Assembly: GCF_001194135.2 (NCBI RefSeq)
Contig: NC_068991.1
Location: 46,302,675 to 46,357,213 of the forward strand
Direction of reading: 5' to 3'
Origin: Octopus bimaculoides
Lineage: Eukaryota
Length of the DNA: 54,539 nucleotides
Within the stretch, counting starts at the first letter, position 1. Each line of letters starts with the position of its first letter. A program made the position numbers and the translations under genes. Shown here piece after piece: positions 11,560 to 22,845 of this stretch. The notes under the pieces are model-generated. The model was not told where the DNA came from and made no database searches. It saw only the letters and a list, made by a program, of their open reading frames with translations.

Positions 11560-11925
11560 TTGCACACGAGACACTTGTCAAAGCAAAATATTAAATCCGA
11601 TAAAACCAAAACTAAAACTATTGACATAATCTATAACTACCTCCTAAAAGGATACACCTAAACATGCACGCCTGATTACAAAGTTCTACATATATGAATA
11701 AATTATAAACAATAACATAACTTCAAATTTATTAAATAGAAACTACGCCAAAACACCTTTCCATAACAAGCCACCGTACAGTCTAATTACAACTCGACTC
11801 AAACCCACATACCCAAGGAGAATTCTAACTCAACAGAGATTATAGAAAGCTTTGATTAACTTCAATGCATCGTAGTCCGACGATGGTTTAACTGGCCGAA
11901 ACTTCACACGCATTGTCAATAATAT
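11560..11925 (+). mobile_element. Possible decayed Penelope-like 3' end / pseudo-LTR
   Basis: Faint KVLH.*IN..K endonuclease-tail-like translation followed by a hammerhead-like ccgacga-t-gg...cc-gaaac motif at 11877-11902. Confidence 0.3.
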
Positions 11926-11992
11926 TCTTGTTTAATAAATATAGCATACATACATATGTGTGTGTGTGTAGATATATATCTTTGTATATGTA

Positions 11993-12034
<42 letters not shown>

Positions 12035-13167
12035 CATATATATNNNNNNNNNNNNNNNNNNNNNNNNNNNNNNNNNNNNNNNNNNNNNNNNNNNNNNNNN
12101 NNNNNNNNNNNNNNNNNNNNNNNNNNNNNNNNNNNNNNNNNNNNNNNNNNNNNNNNNNNNNNNTATATATATATAGACTATATATATATAGACTATATAT
12201 ATATACATGCACACACATATATATACATATATATGTAAACATATACATAATGATTACACGTGTTTCACTGGCGTATGCTGGTATGCTCTGGGGGAAGTTT
12301 CAGAAAGTCTGTTACAAAACCACCCTATAATACAAGAACAATAGAAGAAAACTAATTTACCTCATTTTACTTATCTTCGTCATTTAAATGCATATGTTGT
12401 TAACGGGCAATTATGTAGCTGACTTAAAGCACATTTTTTCCATAGCTTATAAATATACAGTTATATCTCAACTTACGTGTTTTCGTGTAACGTCTTTTTC
12501 AACTTGACGCCATTTTTAGAGAAATTTAATCGATTTATCCGACTTTACGTCAGTCTCAGAGAACGTATTTAAAACATAAAAATAATAATAATGAGACATC
12601 TAAAAACCAATACTAAAATGGAAAATCAAATAAAATATATGTGAAAATATGTACAACTATTTATTTGTACCACTATTTATAAGCTAATAATTTTTTTTTT
12701 TTTTTTGCTTTCCCTTATTAAGTCATTTCTCTAATTAAATTACATGTCTTGGAACCAACTACCGATGTAAGTTGAGTTATATATGTGTATGTATACAAAC
12801 AAAGAAACATGCATGCATGGTAATATATGTATATTGATAGATACATACATGTATGTGTGCTAATCTGAACGTGTATGCATGTGTATATGTGTCTATATAT
12901 CTATACTTATATACTTATATACATATACAAAGTTGTATATATTTTCGTATGCGTGCATATTGTTCGTTGTCAGTGTTAATGATATGCTGATGTTTTGTAA
13001 ACATTTAGTCTGCCTTAACTAAATATAATGGTGAGTATTTACCTCTGCATACATTTCTACGCGTTCCTCCTTATCTTTCTGCTCCTGCTCCTTCTCGTTA
13101 TTATTACCATTTATCTTTATTATTGTTTTTCACACGGACACACGCACACACACGTACACACACACAC

Positions 13168-13203
<36 letters not shown>

Positions 13204-13917
13204 NNNNNNNNNNNNNNNNNNNNNNNNNNNNNNNNNNNNNNNNNNNNNNNNNNNNNNNNNNNNNNNNNNNNNNNNNNNNNNNNNNNNNNNNNNNNNNNNN
13301 NNNNNNNNNNNNNNNNNNNNNNNNNNNNNNNNNNNNNNNNNNNNNNNNNNNNNNNNNNNNNNNNNNNNNNNNNNNNNNNNNNNNNNNNNNNNNNNNNNNN
13401 NNNNNNNNNNNNNNNNNNNNNNNNNNNNNNNNNNNNNNNNNNNNNNNNNNNNNNNNNNNNNNNNNNNNNNNNNNNNNNNNNNNNNNNNNNNNNNNNNNNN
13501 NNNNNNNNNNNNNNNNNNNNNNNNNNNNNNNNNNNNNNNNNNNNNNNNNNNNNNNNNNNNNNNNNNNNNNNNNNNNNNNNNNNNNNNNNNNNNNNNNNNN
13601 NNNNNNNNNNNNNNNNNNNNNNNNNNNNNNNNNNNNNNNNNNNNNNNNNNNNNNNNNNNNNNNNNNNNNNNNNNNNNNNNNNNNNNNNNNNNNNNNNNNN
13701 NNNNNNNNNNNNNNNNNNNNNNNNNNNNNNNNNNNNNNNNNNNNNNNNNNNNNNNNNNNNNNNNNNNNNNNNNNNNNNNNNNNNNNNNNNNNNNNNNNNN
13801 NNNNNNNNNNNNNNNNNNNNNNNNNNNNNNNNNNNNNNNNNNNNNNNNNNNNNNNNNNNNNNNNNNNNNNNNNNNNNNNNNNNNNNNNNNNNNNNNNNNN
13901 NNNNNNNNNNNNNNNNN

Positions 13918-13958
<41 letters not shown>

Positions 13959-15503
13959 CTTACTTGGAAATATATGTTAGTCTCAGCGTAATGATCGAGA
14001 AGAACTATAACGATATTAGAGCTCTCTCCATCATATGTGAGTTTCCACTTTTTCCCCTGTCATATTGCACATAAGAGCACAGCTCACATCTACTTTTTTT
14101 TCCAAGATGATGCATGTAATCTCATGGAAATTTGGCAGCTATTTCTAGGAGATCCTGTGACTACGTAGAGTCTTCTACATTATTCCTTGATGTTATTGTT
14201 GATGCTATTCCATAAAACAAAACAAAAAATGGAAGTAATGTATTTTAGAAAAATCTAAAACAGAAACAAAGAATCCGAAAAGTATTGAACACAGAATGAA
14301 AAATATAAGGCAGGAAAGACAGTGTAAAACAAAAATATAAAAAAAGAAGTAGGAAATAAAAAAAAAACACAAAACAAAAAGGAAAGAATAGGGAAAAATA
14401 AAGAATGTTTGTTTGAAATGATTTTTAAAACAATCCAAACCCAAAAGTATATTAGGGATATAAATTATTTTTCCTCAAGTCACCCATCTCCCACCGTAAA
14501 AATGAGAATATGAAGAGAAAAAAAAAAAGAGAGAAAAATTTAAAGAAAAACATTCTGAAAGAATTAAAGAAAAATCTTAAAAAAACATCCGTGTGGATTT
14601 ATACGCATGTGTGTGNNNNNNNNNNNNNNNNNNNNNNNNNNNNNNNNNNNNNNNNNNNNNNNNNNNNNNNNNNNNNNNNNNNNNNNNNNNNNNNNNNNNN
14701 NNNNNNNNNNNNNNNNNNNNNNNNNNNNNNNNNNNNNNNNNNNNNNNNNNNNNNNNNNNNNNNNNNNNNNNNNNNNNNNNNNNNNNNNNNNNNNNNNNNN
14801 NNNNNNNNNNNNNNNNNNNNNNNNNNNNNNNNNNNNNNNNNNNNNNNNNNNNNNNNNNNNNNNNNNNNNNNNNNNNNNNNNNNNNNNNNNNNNNNNNNNN
14901 NNNNNNNNNNNNNNNNNNNNNNNNNNNNNNNNNNNNNNNNNNNNNNNNNNNNNNNNNNNNNNNNNNNNNNNNNNNNNNNNNNNNNNNNNNNNNNNNNNNN
15001 NNNNNNNNNNNNNNNNNNNNNNNNNNNNNNNNNNNNNNNNNNNNNNNNNNNNNNNNNNNNNNNNNNNNNNNNNNNNNNNNNNNNNNNNNNNNNNNNNNNN
15101 NNNNNNNNNNNNNNNNNNNNNNNNNNNNNNNNNNNNNNNNNNNNNNNNNNNNNNNNNNNNNNNNNNNNNNNNNNNNNNNNNNNNNNNNNNNNNNNNNNNN
15201 NNNNNNNNNNNNNNNNNNNNNNNNNNNNNNNNNNNNNNNNNNNNNNNNNNNNNNNNNNNNNNNNNNNNNNNNNNNNNNNNNNNNNNNNNNNNNNNNNNNN
15301 NNNNNNNNNNNNNNNNNNNNNNNNNNNNNNNNNNNNNNNNNNNNNNNNNNNNNNNNNNNNNNNNNNNNNNNNNNNNNNNNNNNNNNNNNNNNNNNNNNNN
15401 NNNNNNNNCAGAAGATTAAATACGATGGAGAAGAAAGAGGAGGGGGAGGAGAAATAGATGGGGGAGGGGAGGAAGGGAAGGAGGAGGAGGAGGAGAAGAA
15501 GAA

Positions 15504-15554
<51 letters not shown>

Positions 15555-15683
15555 AAGGGAGAAGATGAATGAAGGTAACAGGAAGTCTAAAGAGAGAATT
15601 CTATGTATATTCACACAATAACACACATACACATATATATACATACACATATACATATACATATACATACATACATACATATG

Positions 15684-15714
<31 letters not shown>

Positions 15715-16470
15715 AAAAAGGTATGTATGGGAATATATATAAAAATGTATACGTATGTATATATATTTGTATCTCTTTATACACGCACTCATACTTATAT
15801 AGATATTTATGTATCGGTGCGCATGTATTATATGTATATATTATACATATATATATGCACTTACACATATTCAAATACATATGCAAAATTGTGTCTATGC
15901 GCATGTGTATCTGTGTGTCGATATATACATACATACATACATATATATAGTATAGTATAGTATAGTATAGTCAATACGGACTATACTATACTAGTCCCAA
16001 GGATACCGACTCTGATGTCAAAATCATATGATTTGTGGAAACGTGCGTAGTGATGTATAAATTCCATCCTAGAATTATTGTTATTATGATATTTGTCCTA
16101 CAACCGTGATGCAAGTCCGCAAAACTGAATCACTAGTGACTAGTCAGTATCATTAGATAGTAGACAGCATAATGAAATGTGAGCTTTAATTGCTTACGCC
16201 AAACGTTATGTCAAACGAATTTAAAAGATATATATATATATATACAGACACAGCCACACCCACACACTTACATATATGCATTTACATCTTGTAATATTAA
16301 GATGCTTAAGAATTTCACTTTGTAATCACAAGTTCATTCAATGAATATTGAGTTCATTAGAACGAACAACAGAATATTCCCCACCTTCATTCAAATTGAC
16401 GGAGATCCATTTGTGATATATATATATATATTGTTGTCCGTAATATTGTATGTATGTCTGTAAATATTCA

Positions 16471-16541
<71 letters not shown>

Positions 16542-17751
16542 GTGTGTATGTGTGTGTGTGTAGATATATATGTGTATGTGTGTGTATGTATGTGTGTGTG
16601 TGTATGTATGTGTGTGTGTGTGTATTTTTTACACGATTGTCAAATCGGCACCATATAACAAAACCATTCGCACGGAAAGCATATATAGAAAGTTCGTTTA
16701 CATAAAAACACGAACTAAAATAGTTCTTAAATTTGACAGAAATGGAGAGGCTAATTCGCTGGTGTAAAGGTCACACACTTAGTCGCGTTAACAACAGGAC
16801 GTGTTTTCGTGTCCCACGCAGATAAGAAATCCCTCTTCCCCCCCCCTCTCGTGGGTTCATATGTCCCGTAATTAGACTATTTTCCTTAGTCATTGCATGG
16901 TTATCGTTTTAAATTTGTATAAAAAATACCTTTATTATTATTTACAGGATTGTAAAATACAGCGCCGATTAACAAAACCATTCGCACCAAAAGCGTACAT
17001 ATATATATACATACATAAATATATAAAAACTGGAATTTATGGTATAACTTTTAATTCTGTTATAATTGTTTCATTACAATGTGGAAAATACACTAAAGTA
17101 TAAGTATAAATAAGTATAAATGTTAATTAATTATAATATAAATATAATAAATTCATTACATAATAATTTATGTATATACATTATCATATATATGCATATA
17201 TATACATACATATAGATATGTGTGTATATGTATATACATAACCATATGTATGTATGTATGTTTGCATGTATGTATGCATTGGATTCTGCCGTCGATTTCG
17301 ACTTTCGACGTACGAGGCTCCAACCACCAGCTGTTTACTATCTACATCGATGATTTGTTTTGAATGATGGAAGCTTGCGCAAGACCTACACCACAGTATT
17401 GGGAAATAATAATAATGTTGGTACAAATACTTTTCTATTACACTTCTCCATCTCCAGAGCTATTTCCCTCAGTCAGGGTCTAGCTTCCAATCATCTCTTG
17501 GTACCAAGCCAGAAATTTCTGGGTACTCGCACGCACACACAAGCGAAGACAATCTGCACATATGATTTCTTTATAATGATCAAAGGTTTGTGCAGTGTAA
17601 TACCTCATTTTATCCACCAAATCGACATTTCCTGTATAGGTGTACCATGTGCCACATCTCAGATGCCTAAGTCATCGCAGGCCAATGTAAAATGGTCCGA
17701 GAAGCGAAACCATGTCCTTGCGATTGAGAGTACCACTAGGCCATGCACTTG

Positions 17752-17798
<47 letters not shown>

Positions 17799-18354
17799 AC
17801 ATATAAATATATATGTGCATATATATATATACATGTATGTATCCACTATAAGTAACATGGGTAGCTTATTAGCAACTTAATAACCTAAATGCAAATTTAT
17901 AGACATCACTAAAGTGACAGAGGGTACTATGTGGTACTGGCATTGTTAGAAATAAGAGTCAAACCAACTCACTAGCCATAAAAGTATTATTTTAATGACT
18001 GACAATTGAGATAAGCTCCTTTTACGGACATCCATGTCACTGGTGATTTCGAATTTTGATGCAGAGCATCTTAATTCTCATCGATCACTCTTACCGTGCC
18101 AAGGGTTAAACTCATGTATTCATCCATGTATGTATGCATGTATGCATCTTCTCTGTGCAAGTATATATATAGAAACCTGTGTTTATGCATGTCTGTGTTA
18201 AGCTTTTGAGCAACCATGTCGTTGCTTATGTCCGATAACTCTGCTAATACAAATCGATATAAAATCAGTATCATGCTGATAGGATACTGATGGTATGGTA
18301 TGATTGTTTAAGACCTTTAAAATCCAATGAAGCCATTAAAACAATACATACATA

Positions 18355-19830
18355 CATGTGTGGTAATTGGGTGATAGTGTGATAAAATGTTTTCTTCCCA
18401 ACCACATGGTTCTGAGTTCAATCCCACGGTGTGGAACTTTGGACAAGTATTTTTCGCCAGGCTGAGTTAAAAGCTTTTTGGATTTCCACTAATGATCTAT
18501 ATAACATGGATCTCCATGTTATGTCTTTAATTTTATACAATATATTGCTCTATTCCGTTTATTGGCTAAACTGGCAATATGACCATCCCCAAATACAACA
18601 ACATATTGCTCTATCTTTACTGAATTGTTTGTTCTTTGTTTCCATATATAACATAAACATGAACTGAATATTCTTTTAACAGCTTTGATGAATAGTAAAA
18701 AAAATTGCAATTAGAGCCATTTTGCGCTACCTGGGCGGAAAAGACTGGGTGAGAGTGCAGCAGCAACAGAAGTTGATGATGTTGAATGCCCAGAAACTGT
18801 CAACGGACGTGTGGCACAAAACTGGTTCAGACGTTTCAAGAAGGTGACACCAGTCTCGAAGACAAACCAAGGTCAGCGAGACCTTTTGATGTGGAAGATG
18901 TGGCCTTGTTTGAAATGGCTGAACAACAGCCAAGTACGAGCACTCATACATTGGTGAGAGAACTTGGCTCTTAACAAAGCAGAGCCAATCGATACCTCCA
19001 TAGAACCGGCCTTGAGAACAGACGCTCCTCGTGAAATGACCAATGACCAGGCTCAACGACGTACGAACATTTGCAAACAAGTGCTGGCATATCCGCGAGA
19101 CGCCCATTTATCTGGAGAGGAAAATTGTTGCTGCATGAGTGGCTTCGTTCCGAACAGGCTTCAGAACCTTTTGTCAAACAAGTGCGGTTTGAACGGAAAG
19201 TGATGGTGTGTGTTTGGCGGAATTTCGAGTGAGTTTTGCAATTTGAGCAACACCAGATGGTAATGCTGTAAATGCTAACTAATGCTCAACAACTGCAGCG
19301 AGAATATAATGCTTTGAAAACCCGCCACTCTTTATTGGTCAATCAAAGACGCATACTCCTACTGCATAACAACACCCCAGAACACACTGCTAATGTGACT
19401 AAACACAAATTGAGGAACTTAAGGAAATGGAACTACTGCCTCACCCTACCTAATTTCCAGAACTTGCACCATCAGATTACCACTTTTTTCCGAGTCATGA
19501 CTCGTTTCCTGCACGGACAGAGGTTCAATAAAATAGATGAGATTGAAAACGGGTGCAGAGAGATTTCTGCCTCTAACCAGCCAAATGGTATAAGCGTGGA
19601 ACATAGCTTCAGACATAACGATGGCAATAGACAACAGAATATGATGGGGTGTATTTGGATGACAAAACGCTTTTCATATTTAGTTTGTTTGACATATTAA
19701 TTAAAAGCTTGAAATAAGAGAATTCGTTTTTTCAATTTGAAACTGTTGTCCTAAGCCGGCCAAAGCTTTGTGATCGTATTTGGTAGATGGAAACTAAACG
19801 AATCCCGATGTATATATGCATGTATGTATA
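18355..19830 (+). mobile_element. CORE-like SINE (family D) split by a mariner: head ~18355-18455, continuation ~19740-19830
   Basis: The head (caaccacatggttctgagttcaatccc...ttggacaagt) and body (gccggccaaagctttgtg...ttggtagatggaaact) are contiguous in the copies at 5874 and 40052. Confidence 0.65.
18480..19735 (+). mobile_element. Decayed near-full-length mariner (DD34D)
   Basis: GDTSLEDKPRSARP (HTH linker), ILLLHNNTPEHT (second D region, HDNA-like) and PHPT*FPELAPSDYHFF (YSPDLAPxD motif). Multiple frameshifts. TIRs not clearly recognisable. Confidence 0.88.
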
Positions 19831-19842
19831 TATATATATATG

Positions 19843-20031
19843 ATTGACCGTTGACTGAACACTATTCAATTTTTTTTCTCCGTGTTTTTCTCCTTGTCTC
19901 CGTATTCTTTCTGTTGAAGAACGTAGCTCGAAACGTCAAAGACTTTCCGTATTCCCGAGCGTCATACTAATACATCCTTTTGTTATTTACACCACCTGTC
20001 CTCGTCTGTTGTTGTTTTTTCGTACATTCTC

Positions 20032-20035
<4 letters not shown>
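19843..20035 (+). repeat. ~190-bp dispersed repeat carrying a minimal hammerhead-like motif, copy B
   Basis: Homologous to copies A and C. Its 3' end ttctccc runs directly into (AT)n at 20035-20106. Confidence 0.85.
19906..19942 (+). ncRNA. Candidate minimal type-I hammerhead ribozyme (A6U variant)
   Basis: TCTTT-CTGTTGA-A-GAAC-GTA-GCTC-GAA-ACGT-C-AAAGA. Stem I 5 bp, stem II 4 bp with one mismatch, palindromic ACGT stem III, GUC cleavage triplet. Position 6 is U rather than the conserved A. Confidence 0.5.
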
Positions 20036-20112
<77 letters not shown>

Positions 20113-20368
20113 CGTACAAACACAATCAAAAGGCATATATGTGTATGAGTGTGTGTTCGTGCATGCGTGTGTATGCATGTATATACTTATGTATGTATAT
20201 ATGGTTCTGTATCCGTGCTTGTCCCTCACAACTGCTTGACAAACGGTTTGTATAGGTCCACGTTACTTAACAGTTTTGTAAAAGGATGGCCGAAATAAAT
20301 ATCAGGTGTAAGAAAACTAAGTAGTGGGATCGATTCGTTCGACAATATTTTAAAGCATTGCCGTAATG

Positions 20369-20410
<42 letters not shown>

Positions 20411-20411
20411 A

Positions 20412-20450
<39 letters not shown>

Positions 20451-20856
20451 CAGCTGCAGCAGCAGCAGCAGTAGTAGTAGTACTAGTAGTAATGGAGTGG
20501 TGATTTTCATAGTGGACTAAATGATGATGGTGGTGGTGGTGGTGGTGGTGGTATTTGAGCTAGTGATGTGTGTGTTATTATTTCGGTGATGGTGATGTCA
20601 TTGGTGGTTGTGTTAGCAACAGCAGCAGCAATGGTAGTAATGGTACTGGTGGTAGTGGTGGTGGTGGTGGTGGTGGTGATGGTACAGCTGCGGGAGGTCG
20701 TGGTGGTCTTAGTCCTGGCAGAGGTGGTGGTGGTAGGTGCTGTGATGAACATTGCCGTGATGGAAGACGCGCTTGTAGTGAATCTCCAACCGAAAGGACC
20801 GCGAAGAAAACGATGCTCCGCGACCAAACTTCGAATAAAGACTGACTGCATCTCTA

Positions 20857-20891
<35 letters not shown>

Positions 20892-21245
20892 ACATTAGTA
20901 GGCTTATGTGTGTATAAATATGTGTGAATTCATGTGAGTGTGTATATATGTATATATAATAGGATTATGTATGTGAATGTGGGTGTATGTGTGTGCTTTT
21001 GTCCATATTGACATGGTATATACATATATATGAAAGTAAACGTCATTATATGTATGTATGCAAGTGTTAATAGGATTCTATAGGTGTCTTTGTACTCGCC
21101 TGTTTGTTCATGTTTGTGTGTATGTATACATTACTGTGCATGTGTGGCTTTGCATGTGTGTATGTATAGGTGTGCATATGTGCGTGCGTGCGTTCAAGTG
21201 TGTGTGTTCGGTAGAATCTTGCTTGGGATTTCCTGTGCGTATGTC

Positions 21246-21342
<97 letters not shown>

Positions 21343-21899
21343 GTGTGTGCGTGCGTGTTTAGGAGAGTGCACAGATCTCGCTGTACTGACAGAAAAGAAT
21401 ATGAAAGATCAAAGCGAAAGTGTGCCGAGATGATATCAGTCGTAATATGACAGACCTGAGGCGAAGGAGCTCCAGAAGAGGAGCAAGAAGAAGAAGAAGA
21501 AGAAGAAGAAGAAGAAGAAGAAGAAGAAGAAGAAAGGGGGAGGGGCAGCAGCAGCAGCAGCAGGAAGTTGAGGAGGTGGTAAGGATGGACGTCAGGAGCA
21601 ACAACAATAACAACAATAGCAACAATAATAATATGCACAGGAGTTGAAATACTTCGAAGTCCTGAAATGAGTCGGCTTTATTTTAGAGAGTCCGGGGACA
21701 TTGTAATGTATTTTTATTTAATGATTCTGAATATACGTGTGTGTACAAATACACATCAGTTTATATATATTTGTGTGTATATATAAACATACGTGTGTGC
21801 GTGTGTATGTGTGTGTGTATGTGTGTACATATACATATATTTATATATACATATATGCATGTATATGTATACACACACACATACACATACAGATGTGTG

Positions 21900-22151
21900 T
21901 GACGGAGGGGGCTGAAAAGTTGTTTGGATAGAAGAAAATATAGGAAGATCAGTTAATTATGATTTTATTCAACATATTCTTCAATAAGTGTGTGAATCTC
22001 TCAGATTCACACACTTATTGCAGCAGTCCTTCAGTTTTTCTAAGCCCCGTGGAAGAACTCGGAAGAACTCGGAAGAACTCGGAAGGTTAGGCCTTGAACC
22101 AGGCCTATCACGATACCCTTAAAACCAGAAACTCTTCAGCACACCCTCTTA
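21900..22151. mobile_element. Mariner-derived MITE (~250 bp)
   Basis: Imperfect TIRs gacggagggggctgaaaagtt / aaactcttcagcacaccctctta. The right end abuts (TA)n. No ORF. Confidence 0.7.
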
Positions 22152-22569
22152 TATATATATATATATNNNNNNNNNNNNNNNNNNNNNNNNNNNNNNNNNN
22201 NNNNNNNNNNNNNNNNNNNNNNNNNNNNNNNNNNNNNNNNNNNNNNNNNNNNNNNNNNNNNNNNNNNNNNNNNNNNNNNNNNNNNNNNNNNNNNNNNNNN
22301 NNNNNNNNNNNNNNNNNNNNNNNNNNNNNNNNNNNNNNNNNNNNNNNNNNNNNNNNNNNNNNNNNNNNNNNNNNNNNNNNNNNNNNNNNNNNNNNNNNNN
22401 NNNNNNNNNNNNNNNNNNNNNNNNNNNNNNNNNNNNNNNNNNNNNNNNNNNNNNNNNNNNNNNNNNNNNNNNNNNNNNNNNNNNNNNNNNNNNNNNNNNN
22501 NNNNNNNNNNNNNNNNNNNNNNNNNNNNNNNNNNNNNNNNNNNNNNNNNNNNGAAAACACAGAAAGCTC

Positions 22570-22845
22570 CAAGAGACTCCGGCAGGGGATGGTGGCGAAC
22601 CCTGCTGTACTCTTTCACCACAACTTTCTCTCACTCTTACTTCCTGTTTCTGTTGTGCCTGAAATTCAAAGGGTTAGCCTTGTCACACTGTGTCACGCTG
22701 AATGTCCCCGAGAATTACGTTAAGGGTACACGTGTCTGTGGAGTGCTCAGCCACTTTCACGTTAATTTCGCGAGCAGGCTGTTCCGTTGATCGGATCAAC
22801 TGGAACCCTCGACGTTGTAAGCGACGGAGTGCCAAACAACATTGT
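22570..22845 (+). mobile_element. SINE family C, body and 3' end
   Basis: Near-identical to the minus-strand copies at 43626-43980 and 53936-54155 (cacactgtgtcacgctgaat...gcaggctgttccgttgatcggatca). Confidence 0.88.

Noticed and set aside
12452-12520. tacagttatatctcaacttacg as a pogo/Tigger TIR
   Set aside because: No partner TIR or transposase found; too short to support.
18095-18112. ccaagggttaa as a piggyBac-like end
   Set aside because: No matching TTAACCC left end nearby.
20507-20930. Gly/Pro/Thr-rich ORFs on both strands
   Set aside because: Driven by (GGT)n and (AGC)n repeats; no splice or domain support.
21361-21420. Possible 57-nt exon (GECTDLAVLTEKNMKDQSE)
   Set aside because: Weak donor (gtgtgc), acceptor formed by a (GT)n tract, and no recognisable peptide.
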